From Bacteroidaceae bacterium (lineage in GTDB: Bacteria; Bacteroidota; Bacteroidia; Bacteroidales; Barnesiellaceae_A): a DNA stretch of 64,000 nt. Under the pieces are notes generated by a model that was not told the origin of the DNA, did no database searches, and worked only from the letters and a program-made list of their open reading frames with translations. Below, piece after piece: positions 42,362-52,477 of this stretch. Location of the stretch: assembly GCA_017531985.1 (NCBI GenBank), contig JAFXJY010000034.1:1214-65213 (forward strand), given 5' to 3'. Positions within the stretch are counted from its first letter, which is position 1, and the number at the start of each line of letters is the position of its first letter. The translations under genes were made by a program, and so were the position numbers.

Positions 42362-43612
42362 TTACAATTTAAATGTAATAGGCAAAACAAAATCGACATC
42401 TACGGCAATGCCGTCTTGTACACTTGGCTGCCATCGAGGCATCAACCCTACAATACGCAACACCTCGGCATCACACTCGGGAGTGAGTCCTCGTAATATA
42501 GTTGGGGAAACCACATAACCCTCACTGTTAATAATAAATCGCACCATTACCATTCCTTCCACTTTATCCGACACAGCCTGCGGAGGATATTTGATATTAT
42601 CGGCAACAAATTTATTTAATGCTATATCACCACCCGGGAACTGTGGTAAAGCAGTGCTACTTGCAGTTACCTCTTGTGGCGATAAATAATTAGTGGCAAC
42701 ATTCTCCTGCAATTCAGTTTTGTCAGATAACGAGTGCATCGTATATTGGTACAACGAACCGCCGGCATGGGCTGCAAAGATAAGCATAAACGACACCGGC
42801 AATAAAATAATGTATAATAACCTTCGTGACAAACGACTGATGGGCTGGTTGATTTTCTTTATACGCTCCACCAACATCTTTTGATTAAAGTGTATCCCTA
42901 TCAACCCATCACTGCCACCTTGCACTGATTGTAACAGATGATATTGATAACCCCTGATCGAAAAGGTATCTTTCACAGCATCGGCATCGGCAAGATATTC
43001 GACAAGGCTATGAAATTCCTGTCGAAGTAACCAAGAAAATGGATTAAACCACCCCATAATAACCATTATTTCGCCAACAATCAAATCAATAGTATGACAA
43101 CCTCGAACATGAGCCTTTTCATGCAACAAAATATCTCGCAGCATTGCCGGGTCATATCTATCTACATTCATATATATTACCGAAGCAAAAGAGAATGGTT
43201 TGATAGGAACATGTGGCACACAGACTTTTATGCCCATTACCATCCGGCTATCACTATGCATACGCAAATAAAGGAGCGATAGAACCCTGATGACAAGAAG
43301 CAAAAATCCTAATACAACTCCTATATAGTACAAATCAATCAACATAAAACTATCGGCCATACGTTCAACTCCGACTGTGACAGTCGACAATTCTACACCA
43401 TAACGTACATTAATATTATTATATAGAGCTTCGACACCTTCACGAGGAATATGAAAGCAAGCCAAAGGATATATAAAGGCAAATATCACACCACCCAATA
43501 AAGTATATCGGTGAGCGTGCAAGAAGGTATCGCCCGACAAAAATAACTTATATAGCAAGTATAGAGTCGTTATACCCAACTGAACAAATATTATATAGGT
43601 AAGAATATTCAT
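42362..43612 (-). CDS. M56 (BlaR1-like) metallopeptidase fused to a TonB C-terminal domain
   Basis: TMs, HEKAH zinc motif, WFNPFSW, EYLAD, C-terminal PQFPGG...MPRWQP. Confidence 0.92.
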   Translation of the reverse strand: MNILTYIIFVQLGITTLYLLYKLFLSGDTFLHAHRYTLLGGVIFAFIYPLACFHIPREGVEALYNNINVRYGVELSTVTVGVERMADSFMLIDLYYIGVVLGFLLLVIRVLSLLYLRMHSDSRMVMGIKVCVPHVPIKPFSFASVIYMNVDRYDPAMLRDILLHEKAHVRGCHTIDLIVGEIMVIMGWFNPFSWLLRQEFHSLVEYLADADAVKDTFSIRGYQYHLLQSVQGGSDGLIGIHFNQKMLVERIKKINQPISRLSRRLLYIILLPVSFMLIFAAHAGGSLYQYTMHSLSDKTELQENVATNYLSPQEVTASSTALPQFPGGDIALNKFVADNIKYPPQAVSDKVEGMVMVRFIINSEGYVVSPTILRGLTPECDAEVLRIVGLMPRWQPSVQDGIAVDVDFVLPITFKL

Positions 43613-43631
43613 AAAGAATCTATTATATTAA

Positions 43632-43823
43632 GAATCTGTTTTAATTTTATTTCGAGATTATTTGAGGATTATTTTTGAGCAGATATTCATTTTGGGGATG
43701 CAGGGAATAGCGAGCTATTTTCAAATTTCCGAAATGAATAGATGCCGAAAAGAGCCTCAAAGAAGCCGTATCTATTCTTAGCAATAGCAAATGAACTTGT
43801 TTTATAAAATTCAAAACAGATTC
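43632..43823. mobile_element. 192-bp MITE (non-autonomous, IS5-like ends)
   Basis: TIRs GAATCTGTTTT(-/G)AATTTTAT; TAA direct repeat at 43629-31 and 43824-26; no ORF. Confidence 0.75.
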
Positions 43824-44185
43824 TAAGATTTACCCTTCTCTATAATTCTTACTATTTCCTGCAACTCCTCGGCTGTCAGTTGTTCTTCTTTGACAAAAAA
43901 AGCAACCATATCACGATATGAGTTGGCAAAATAGTTGCGAACGACATTCGACAGGAACTTACGTTTATACTCATTCTCATCAATAGCGGGAGTATAGAAA
44001 TAAACATTTCCATACCGCTTGGCAACTACATATCCTTTTCGCTCTAGATTTTTTATTACCGAGGCAAGAGTTGTATATGGCGGCTTAGGTTCGGACATCT
44101 GTTCGAGAAAATCCTTCACACAACCACTTTTCTGTTGCCATATTACCAACATAACATCTTCTTCTTGAGCTGTCAACTTTTCCAT
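43823..44185 (-). CDS. BlaI/MecI/CopY family repressor
   Basis: LTAQEEDVMLVIW, YTTLASVIKNLERKGYV. Confidence 0.95.
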   Translation of the reverse strand: MEKLTAQEEDVMLVIWQQKSGCVKDFLEQMSEPKPPYTTLASVIKNLERKGYVVAKRYGNVYFYTPAIDENEYKRKFLSNVVRNYFANSYRDMVAFFVKEEQLTAEELQEIVRIIEKGKS

Positions 44186-44212
44186 ATAACAAATAGCTTT
44201 TAGATGTTGAAA

Positions 44213-44249
44213 TACGAAATCTTCGCAAATCTACGAAATATTCGTAGAT
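44213..44249. promoter_or_regulatory. tandem palindromic operator overlapping the blaI -7 box
   Basis: ATCTACGAA-ATA-TTCGTAGAT (44229-49) and TACGAA-ATC-TTCGCA (44213-27); TAGATTTG on the minus strand at 44226-33. Confidence 0.75.
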
Positions 44250-44286
44250 ACACAACCAACACTATTGTTAAAAAAAACAAAAACAC

Positions 44287-44313
44287 AAAAAGGGCGTACC
44301 ATCGGCACGCCCT
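44287..44313 (-). terminator. trxA terminator
   Basis: AGGGCGTGCC-GAT-GGTACGCCCT-TTTT on the minus strand. Confidence 0.75.
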
Positions 44314-44345
44314 GTAACAGTGATTTTATATAGTTATAAACTATA

Positions 44346-44660
44346 TTACAGCAATTTTTTAACTTTCTCTTCGAGTTGAGCCTTATTGGCAGAACCTACA
44401 TGCTTGTCGACCAATTGACCACCCTTAAAGAACAACAATGTGGGGATATTGCGGATGCCATATTCGCCACTGATTTCATCACCCTCGTCAACATTGTATT
44501 TACCGATAGTTACGCGACCTTCGTACTCGGCTGCAAGTTCGTCAACAAAAGGACCGATTTGGCGGCAAGGCCCGCACCACTCTGCCCAGAAGTCAATTAC
44601 AACGGGTTGACCCGATGCTATAAGTTCTTTTCCTAATTCGTCTGTGATTTTTAATGCCAT
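44346..44660 (-). CDS. trxA: thioredoxin
   Basis: DFWAEWCGPC, IRNIPTLLFFK. Confidence 0.97.
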   Translation of the reverse strand: MALKITDELGKELIASGQPVVIDFWAEWCGPCRQIGPFVDELAAEYEGRVTIGKYNVDEGDEISGEYGIRNIPTLLFFKGGQLVDKHVGSANKAQLEEKVKKLL

Positions 44661-44816
44661 AGTATTTAAAATTTAGAGTTAATAATATTCGTTTTAGACT
44701 GTACAAAAATAACAAATGAAATATACATACACAAGAAAATTGCATGTTAAATTTTATAATTATCACAAAAAGAGTTGTCAGTATCGCATCGAATACCTAT
44801 CTTTGCAACACCTAAA

Positions 44817-45224
44817 ATGCTTATGTATAATGCAAAACATGTCATAGCAATCCTATCGATACTGTGTGCCACTTTTTTGATGGTGACCACATCGATACTT
44901 CCTCATCATCATCATGACGATGGGAGCATATGTCTTGTGTGGAATAGCGATAATGACAAAGGAGAAGCTCACGATCACTCACACAATGGCTGTGATGACG
45001 ATTGTGCCATGAATATCGACATTGTACAAGATGCTTCGCAACCGGGACATGCCTCAAAGGTGTGGCTGATACCATCACTAACAGCCATTCTTGCTTGGGA
45101 CAACACTCAACTACCCGACCCCGATGTAAAGCGTATCACCACTTTATTTTACTACCTCTTACCCTGCGATGCCGGCATTGTGGGGTCGCCTTGCGGCTTG
45201 CGAGCTCCCCCGGTCAAGGCTTAA
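44817..45224 (+). CDS. His/Cys-rich exported leader protein ending in RAPP (DUF6769/DUF2946-like)
   Basis: TATCTTTG box at 44798, signal-like N-terminus, PHHHHDDGSIC, HDHSHNGCDDDC, C-terminus GLRAPPVKA. Confidence 0.8.
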   Translation: MLMYNAKHVIAILSILCATFLMVTTSILPHHHHDDGSICLVWNSDNDKGEAHDHSHNGCDDDCAMNIDIVQDASQPGHASKVWLIPSLTAILAWDNTQLPDPDVKRITTLFYYLLPCDAGIVGSPCGLRAPPVKA

Positions 45225-45347
45225 TAATTTGATTGTATCCGTCTCTCTTTGGATACATAATTCTCCCCCCGTAACAATTATACAACAAACCTTATCACAT
45301 GTGGTTGCCATCACGCATCCATATCTACACATTAATAATACAGAACA

Positions 45348-46586
45348 ATGAAAAAACAAGTTTTCGTCATTCTTACCATTGGTGCATACTTACTGGCAAG
45401 TTGTGCCAATAATACCCATGAACACGAGCATGCTCATGAACATGCTACCACAACTCACAGCCACGAAGGTCACAATCACTCGGCTCATAGCCACGATCAC
45501 AAAGGTCATGACCACTCGGGTCATAGCCATAGCCAATCGGCAGCTACTCATAACCACAACCACGAGGGTGGTATTTCACTTAAACCGGGCGAAGCAGAAG
45601 CCATCGGTCTGACCACCGAAGAGGTGACTCCGGGTGTATTCAATACAGTTATCAAATGTACCGGTCATGTAGTGGGTGCAACCGGCGATGTAATGACAGT
45701 CGTAGCACCACAATCGGGAACAGTTCACTATGCTCGCACATGGAGCGAGGGTGCAGCAGTATCAAACAGTACCGTTCTCTTTACCATATCGTCACGCAAT
45801 GTTGGTGCAGGTGATGCCGCTGAACGCACTCGCGTCACCTACGAGACAGCTAAGGCAGCCTACGAACGTGCCGAAAAATTAGTAGCCGATAAGATCGTGT
45901 CACAACGTGAATATGAAGCAGCTCGCGAGGCTTACGAACAGGCTCGACTGGCATACGAGGCGGTCAGCAGCAGTGATACCTCCGGAAGCGAAGCTCGTGC
46001 TTCAAAAGGCGGTTACATTACACGCCTGTGGGTAAGCGAGGGTGACTATGTTGAGGCAGGAACGCCACTGGCTACAATTGCACAGAACAAGCGTCTGCAA
46101 CTGCGTGCCGATGTTCCTCAACGCTACTACAACGAATTACCCTCTATTACATCAGCCAACTTTGTTACACCCTACGATGAGCATGTATATCAACTCGGCG
46201 AGATGAATGGCAAACTTCTTTCGTACGGACGCAATGCCGGTGAGACATCATTCTTTGTTCCTGTCACTTTCGACTTTGACAACCACGCAGCCATTGTACC
46301 GGGAAGCAGTGTCGATGTATATCTGCTGGGCAAGAGCCGCAACAATGTTATAAGCCTTCCCATGCAATCTATTACCGAGGAACAAGGTCTGTACTTCGTG
46401 TATCGTCGATTGTGCGAGAATGACTTTGAAAAAGTCGAGGTAAAAACCGGCTTATCGAATGGCAGCCGCATAGAGATACTCTCGGGCATCAAAGCAGGAG
46501 ACAAAATTGTTGTCGATGGCGTTTATCGCGTAAAATTGGCAGCCAACAGCAATGTACTGCCCGAAGCACACAACCATAACCACTAA
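45348..46586 (+). CDS. heavy-metal RND periplasmic adaptor (CzcB/CusB-like) with His-rich N-terminus
   Basis: LASC lipobox, 19 His in ~50 residues, VSEGDYVEAG, C-terminal HNHNH. Confidence 0.92.
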   Translation: MKKQVFVILTIGAYLLASCANNTHEHEHAHEHATTTHSHEGHNHSAHSHDHKGHDHSGHSHSQSAATHNHNHEGGISLKPGEAEAIGLTTEEVTPGVFNTVIKCTGHVVGATGDVMTVVAPQSGTVHYARTWSEGAAVSNSTVLFTISSRNVGAGDAAERTRVTYETAKAAYERAEKLVADKIVSQREYEAAREAYEQARLAYEAVSSSDTSGSEARASKGGYITRLWVSEGDYVEAGTPLATIAQNKRLQLRADVPQRYYNELPSITSANFVTPYDEHVYQLGEMNGKLLSYGRNAGETSFFVPVTFDFDNHAAIVPGSSVDVYLLGKSRNNVISLPMQSITEEQGLYFVYRRLCENDFEKVEVKTGLSNGSRIEILSGIKAGDKIVVDGVYRVKLAANSNVLPEAHNHNH

Positions 46587-46600
46587 ACACAGCCAGCCGT

Positions 46601-49600
46601 ATGCTAAATAAGATTATAGAATTTTCACTTCACAATCGCCTGCTGGTATCCGTTATATCGGCTCTTATACTGGTGTTGGGCGTGTACAGTGTATCGAATA
46701 TGGAGGTCGATGTATTTCCCGACCTCAATGCTCCCACGGTGGTTGTCATGACCGAAGCTCACGGCATGGCACCCGAAGAGGTAGAACGTCTTGTAACTTA
46801 CCCCATAGAGACCAGCGTAAACGGTGCCACACATGTACGCCGTGTACGTTCATCATCGACAACAGGTTTTTCGGTTGTTTGGGTCGAATTTGACTGGGGA
46901 ACCGACCTATATCTGGCTCGACAGATTACCTCGGAACGATTGGTACAACTCAATGAAATGCTCCCCGAGGGAGTAGGAACACCCACAATGGCTCCACAAT
47001 CGTCAATTCTGGGTGAGATGATGATTATAGGTCTTACAGCCGACAGTACCTCGCTGCAAGACTTGCGAACATTTGCCGACTGGACTATCCGTCCGCGATT
47101 GCTCTCGATCGGAGGTGTTGCTCAGGCCACTGTCATAGGTGGAGAAATCAAGGAGTATCGTATATCGATTGATCCGGCTCGCATGAAACATTATGATGTC
47201 ACCATCGATGAAGTGCTGGCAGCTTCACGCGGCATGAACGACAATGCAAACGGAGGTATCATATACGAATATGGCAACGAATATATAGTGCGTGGTAACA
47301 TCTCGACCACCGACGTCGATGCCATAGGTCGCTCGGTGGTGAAACGCATCGATGGTCGTCCGGTAGTATTATCGGATGTAGCCGATGTAATCATTACCGA
47401 CAAGTCGCCCAAACTGGGTATGGCTTCGGTTGAAGGCAAGCCTGCTGTACTCATAACTGTCAAGAAGCAACCTAACACCGGTACAATAAAACTGACCGAA
47501 AACATAGAGTCGGCACTCGTTGAGTTGCAGAAAAATCTGCCTGAGGATGTTGTCATGTCGACCGATATTTTCAAGCAGTCGCACTTCATCAATAGTTCAA
47601 TCAACAACGTACAACGAGCCCTCATCGAGGGAGCCATATTCGTCATTATAGTATTATTCTTCTTCTTGATGAATACTCGTACGACACTCATTTCATTGGT
47701 AGCCATTCCTCTATCGGCCATAATATCATTGCTCACGCTTAAAGGCTTGGGATTGACCATCAACACGATGAGTCTTGGAGGTCTTGCCATAGCTATCGGC
47801 TCGTTGGTCGATGATGCTATTGTCGACGTAGAGAATGTATATAAGCGATTGCGAGCCAACCGACAACTGCCCATAGAGCAACGTGCCAAGACCATCGACA
47901 TCGTATTTGAGGCATCGAAAGAGGTGCGTATGCCCATTCTCAACTCCACACTTATCATCATGGTAAGTTTCATGCCTTTGTTCTTCCTGTCGGGTATGGA
48001 AGGTCGCATGTTGCGTCCGTTGGGTATAGCCTTCCTTGTAGCACTTGTAGCCTCGACAGTGGTGGCTCTCACGCTTACACCGGTACTGTGTAGCTATTTG
48101 CTCAACAGCGACAAAGCTCTCAAACAGGACAAAGAGCCTTGGTTGTCACGCAAGCTGCAAGGTATATACAGCAAAGTTCTGAACAAAGCACTATCACACC
48201 ACAAGGCAGTATTAGGCGTTACCATTGCCATCTTTGTCATAACCATTGGCATATTTTTCACACTGGGTCGCAGTTTCTTACCCCCCTTCAATGAAGGTTC
48301 ATTCACCATCAACATAGCCACTCAACCGGGAGTATCGCTCGAAGAGTCGGATCGAATGGGACGTCAGGTCGAAGAACTCCTCTTACAAGTACCCGAGATA
48401 AAGACAGTGGCACGCAAAACAGGACGTGCCGAGCTTGACGAACATGCCTTGGGTGTAAATGCCAGTGAGATAGAAGCACCCTTCGAGTTGCAAAAGCGTT
48501 CTCATGCAGCCGTCAAGGCCGATATTAGAGAGAAATTAAGCACAATATCGGGATTGAATTTCGAAATAGGTCAGCCCATATCACACCGTATCGACGCCAT
48601 GCTGTCGGGAACAAAATCGCAAATAGCCATCAAGCTGTTTGGTGAAGACCTCAACCGCATGTATGCCATCGGCACAGAGATAAAAAACAGGGCCTCGGGT
48701 GTTGCAGGAGTTGCCGACCTGAACATCGAACAACAAATAGAACGTCCGCAGATACACATTGTACCTCGCCGCGACCTCTTGGCTCGCTATGGCATTACGA
48801 TGCCCGAATTTATTGAATTTATCAACGTAGCCATGGCCGGAGAGGTGGTATCGCAAGTGTATGACGAAAGTCGCACATTCGACCTTACAGTGCGTGTCAA
48901 GGATGACAACCGCGACACTGCATCGAAATTGAGAGACATCATGATAGACACCCCCGAGGGCAAAATTCCGCTTTCACAAGTAGCGGAGGTACGTTCGTCG
49001 ATGGGTCCCAATACCATCAACCGAGAAAACGTAAAACGCAAAATTGTTATCTCGGCCAACGTTGCCGATCGCGACTTACGCAGTGTTATAGACGACATCA
49101 GATCGCAAGTAGATGAACTGAAAATGCCCGAAGGATATTACGTCGAGTATGGAGGTCAGTTTGAGAGCGAACAAGAAGCCTCACGCATCCTTGTCATAGC
49201 ATCAATGGCAGCGATTCTCATTATCTTCTTGCTTCTTGTTCAGCAGTTCAAGAGTGCCAAACAATCGGCTATCATCCTTCTCAACCTGCCACTCGCCCTG
49301 ATTGGTGGTGTGTTTATTCTACGATTTACATCGGGTGAAATAAGTATTCCTGCCATTATCGGTTTCATCTCGTTGTTCGGTATAGCCACACGCAACGGAA
49401 TGTTGCTCATTTCACGCTACAATGCCTTGCAAGAAGAAGGAATGCCACTACAACAAGCTATTGTAACAGGTTCGCTTGACCGTCTCAATCCCATCTTGAT
49501 GACAGCATTGACATCGGCACTTGCACTTATCCCCTTGGCACTCAATGGTAGTGCTCCGGGTAATGAGATACAAAGTCCCATGGCACAGGTTATCTTGGGA

Positions 49601-49684
49601 GGTCTGTTCAGTTCGACACTGCTCAATGCTTTCGTCATCCCTATTATTTACCTTATAACGAACCGCAAAAACAGCTCGCAATGA
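46601..49684 (+). CDS. heavy-metal RND permease (CzcA/CusA family)
   Basis: VDVFPDL, APEEVERLVTYPIE, GSLVDDAIVDVEN, TGRAELDEH, RLNPILMTA. Confidence 0.95.
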   Translation: MLNKIIEFSLHNRLLVSVISALILVLGVYSVSNMEVDVFPDLNAPTVVVMTEAHGMAPEEVERLVTYPIETSVNGATHVRRVRSSSTTGFSVVWVEFDWGTDLYLARQITSERLVQLNEMLPEGVGTPTMAPQSSILGEMMIIGLTADSTSLQDLRTFADWTIRPRLLSIGGVAQATVIGGEIKEYRISIDPARMKHYDVTIDEVLAASRGMNDNANGGIIYEYGNEYIVRGNISTTDVDAIGRSVVKRIDGRPVVLSDVADVIITDKSPKLGMASVEGKPAVLITVKKQPNTGTIKLTENIESALVELQKNLPEDVVMSTDIFKQSHFINSSINNVQRALIEGAIFVIIVLFFFLMNTRTTLISLVAIPLSAIISLLTLKGLGLTINTMSLGGLAIAIGSLVDDAIVDVENVYKRLRANRQLPIEQRAKTIDIVFEASKEVRMPILNSTLIIMVSFMPLFFLSGMEGRMLRPLGIAFLVALVASTVVALTLTPVLCSYLLNSDKALKQDKEPWLSRKLQGIYSKVLNKALSHHKAVLGVTIAIFVITIGIFFTLGRSFLPPFNEGSFTINIATQPGVSLEESDRMGRQVEELLLQVPEIKTVARKTGRAELDEHALGVNASEIEAPFELQKRSHAAVKADIREKLSTISGLNFEIGQPISHRIDAMLSGTKSQIAIKLFGEDLNRMYAIGTEIKNRASGVAGVADLNIEQQIERPQIHIVPRRDLLARYGITMPEFIEFINVAMAGEVVSQVYDESRTFDLTVRVKDDNRDTASKLRDIMIDTPEGKIPLSQVAEVRSSMGPNTINRENVKRKIVISANVADRDLRSVIDDIRSQVDELKMPEGYYVEYGGQFESEQEASRILVIASMAAILIIFLLLVQQFKSAKQSAIILLNLPLALIGGVFILRFTSGEISIPAIIGFISLFGIATRNGMLLISRYNALQEEGMPLQQAIVTGSLDRLNPILMTALTSALALIPLALNGSAPGNEIQSPMAQVILGGLFSSTLLNAFVIPIIYLITNRKNSSQ

Positions 49685-50868
49685 AACGAATATTCATCTA
49701 CATAACAACGGCTGCAATGGCTCTCACCGCAACGGCTCAATCGCCCATAGAGAGCATCATGGAAAGCGTATCGACACATAATAACAGCATCAAATCGGTA
49801 CAACAAGAGGTTACAGCAGCCCAAACCGAATTATCGGCCGAGAATTGTCTTGAAAACCCCACATTCGAGTTTGAGTATTTGTGGGCTGAGAAGCAAGTCC
49901 CCGGAGGAAACAAATATGGTTTTGCCATCATGCAGGGATTTGATTTCCCTACACTCTACTCCGGTCGTCGCAAACTCATCAATGCACAGAACTCGTTGGG
50001 CAATTCACAAGTTAAACTGGCACGCCAAGAAGTGTTGCTGGCCACTCGTGAGTTGTGTATCAAGATTGTATATCTCAACAAGCAAATAAAACTTGTAAAC
50101 GAACGTGAGAAAATTGCACAATCGTTAGTCAAGTTATACAACCAACGATTGGAAGCCGGAGATGCCAACCAATTAGAAGTTAATAAAGTAGAAATAGAAC
50201 GCATCAGCCAATCGACTCGCTTGAAAATGCTCCTTAGCGAACGCGATGCAGCTATCGCCTCACTCATAGCTTACAATGGCGGCAATACACTCCCCGTCAA
50301 CGCTACCACTCTGTCGCAATATCCCATCATATCCATGCCTGCGTCACTCGAAGATGCTGTGAGCCAATGGAGAGAAACCGATGCCACCATGCAGACGCTA
50401 CGCAATCAGCAATTGATGGCCGAGTCATACAGTTCGGTGGCACGTCAAGGATGGATACCCCGATTTGAGATAGGTTATAAGCAAGCCTACGAAGTAGGTG
50501 ATATGTTCTACGGTTTGGCCGTAGGTGTATCCCTACCGTTATTTAAGACCAACAACGAGGTGAAGACTGCCAAGGCTCGTGCATTGGCACTTACCTGGCA
50601 AACAGAAGAGACCCAATCGCAAGTTACCGCCGAAGCTACTCAGTTATACAAAGAAACTTGTGCATTAAAAGCGGCTCTCGCCGATTACGAGTTACTCATG
50701 GTTCAGAACAATCGAACCTTGTTGGTCAAAGCCTTGGAAAGCGGACAAATATCCTTGCTCGAATACATGAGCGACATAGCTCAACTCAATAAGGCCGAAG
50801 AAAACCGATTACTCATCGAGTATCAATATCACAGCAAACTATCGCAACTCAATCGCAACAACTTATAA
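49681..50868 (+). CDS. TolC family outer membrane protein (CzcC-like)
   Basis: Signal peptide, helical repeats, GVSLPLF, ESGQISLLEY; last gene of the operon. Confidence 0.88.
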   Translation: MKRIFIYITTAAMALTATAQSPIESIMESVSTHNNSIKSVQQEVTAAQTELSAENCLENPTFEFEYLWAEKQVPGGNKYGFAIMQGFDFPTLYSGRRKLINAQNSLGNSQVKLARQEVLLATRELCIKIVYLNKQIKLVNEREKIAQSLVKLYNQRLEAGDANQLEVNKVEIERISQSTRLKMLLSERDAAIASLIAYNGGNTLPVNATTLSQYPIISMPASLEDAVSQWRETDATMQTLRNQQLMAESYSSVARQGWIPRFEIGYKQAYEVGDMFYGLAVGVSLPLFKTNNEVKTAKARALALTWQTEETQSQVTAEATQLYKETCALKAALADYELLMVQNNRTLLVKALESGQISLLEYMSDIAQLNKAEENRLLIEYQYHSKLSQLNRNNL

Positions 50869-50892
50869 AGTAAGCGAATAGTTATAATACCG

Positions 50893-50932
50893 ATAAGGGA
50901 TGCAACAACACAACTGCATCCCTTATTTTTTT
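50893..50932 (+). terminator. metal-efflux operon terminator
   Basis: ATAAGGGATGCA...TGCATCCCTTAT followed by a T-tract. Confidence 0.85.
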
Positions 50933-51254
50933 AAGGCAACATCTATAAAATGCACAGATTAATCATTCGTTCGTTGAGGAAAATAATCTCTTCGCTCGAT
51001 ATTCTTTTCGGCATCTTTCAACCTCAACCTCAACCACTTAGTATGCAACACCCATTCGACCAAAGACTAAAATCCGCTCTACGAGAAAAATCATCCATCA
51101 TCACAAAGCAATGGATAGAAGCCTCCTTAAACCTTCGGGATATGTTAAAAAAAACAAACATGACAATATAATACATTATTTTGCAATGTATAGTTGGCAA
51201 ATTAGCTATTTAATAACTATCTTTGCAGTGAAATCACTTTATAAGTACAGATAG

Positions 51255-52436
51255 GTGGAGTCTTTTTACAGAACACATAATTACTTGTTGGAGCATTTGG
51301 GTAATCCTGTGCGACGAGAATTGATGCGTGAAATCGACTGGTCGCATCGGCTCATCGGTATAAAAGGCAGCCGTGGAGTGGGCAAGACAACATTTCTTCT
51401 ACAATATGCACGCGAGCGATTTGCCACCGACGATCGATCATGTCTCTACATCAACCTTAACAATCTGTACTTTACCGACCACACCTTAGACGATTTTGCC
51501 ACAACATTCTATCGCCAAGGTGGACGCACACTACTCATCGACCAAGTGTTTAAATACCCCGAGTGGAGTGAAGCACTACGTCGATGCCACGACACATTAC
51601 CCGAGTTACAAATCATCTTTACCGGCTCGACGGTAATGCGACTGAAAGAAGAGAACCCCTTGCTCGATGGATTGGTAGCATCATACAATCTGCGAGGATT
51701 CTCATTCCGCGAATATCTCAATATCAAATCGGGGTTATCGTTTCACACCTACACACTGAGCGAGATATTGAGTAACCACGAAGCCATCTCACAAGCCATA
51801 ACAAGTCGTGTCAATCCACTTGAATATTTCGACGGCTACTTACACCACGGTTACTATCCTTTTTTCCTAGACAAGAGCAACTTCTCGGAGAATCTCATTA
51901 AGACCATCAATATGATGATGGAAATCGACATCATGTTGCTTAAACAACTTGAACTATCCTATCTACCCAAGTTGCGACGGCTGCTCTATCTCGTGTTTAA
52001 GCAATCGCCCGGAACATTCAACGTAAGTCGACTGAGCCAAGAGACACAAATATCACGAGCAACGGTAATGAACTATATCAAGTGTTTCAAGGATGCAAGA
52101 CTCATTAACATGCTATATCGTGAAAATGAATCATATCCTCAGAAACCCGCCATGCTCTATTTGCATAACCCCAATCTGATATATTCCAATCGTTCATTGC
52201 AGGCCGACCGCCAAGCTGTATGTGAGACATTCTTCTACAACACCGTACATAGTTGCCACTCACTAAACTTGGGCAGTAACAGCGTACGATTTGTTGTGGA
52301 CGGACTTCACTCATTCCGCATCATCACACAACGCTCAAAGGTGCGAATGAGTGGCGACATGTACTATGTAATAGACAACATGTCCACCGGAGCAAACAAG
52401 AATATCCCTTTGTGGCTATTCGGATTTTTATATTAA
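51255..52436 (+). CDS. AAA_14 family ATP-binding protein
   Basis: GSRGVGKTT, LLIDQVFKY, FTGS, GYYPF, IPLWLFGFLY; GTG start. Confidence 0.85.
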   Translation: MESFYRTHNYLLEHLGNPVRRELMREIDWSHRLIGIKGSRGVGKTTFLLQYARERFATDDRSCLYINLNNLYFTDHTLDDFATTFYRQGGRTLLIDQVFKYPEWSEALRRCHDTLPELQIIFTGSTVMRLKEENPLLDGLVASYNLRGFSFREYLNIKSGLSFHTYTLSEILSNHEAISQAITSRVNPLEYFDGYLHHGYYPFFLDKSNFSENLIKTINMMMEIDIMLLKQLELSYLPKLRRLLYLVFKQSPGTFNVSRLSQETQISRATVMNYIKCFKDARLINMLYRENESYPQKPAMLYLHNPNLIYSNRSLQADRQAVCETFFYNTVHSCHSLNLGSNSVRFVVDGLHSFRIITQRSKVRMSGDMYYVIDNMSTGANKNIPLWLFGFLY

Positions 52437-52477
52437 AGAAAAAACTATATTACAAAAAACTAATATACATCAAGACA

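Noticed and set aside
50950-51171. 73-aa ORF between the efflux operon and the ATPase
   Set aside because: No motif, no promoter box, low-complexity QPQPQP; probably spurious
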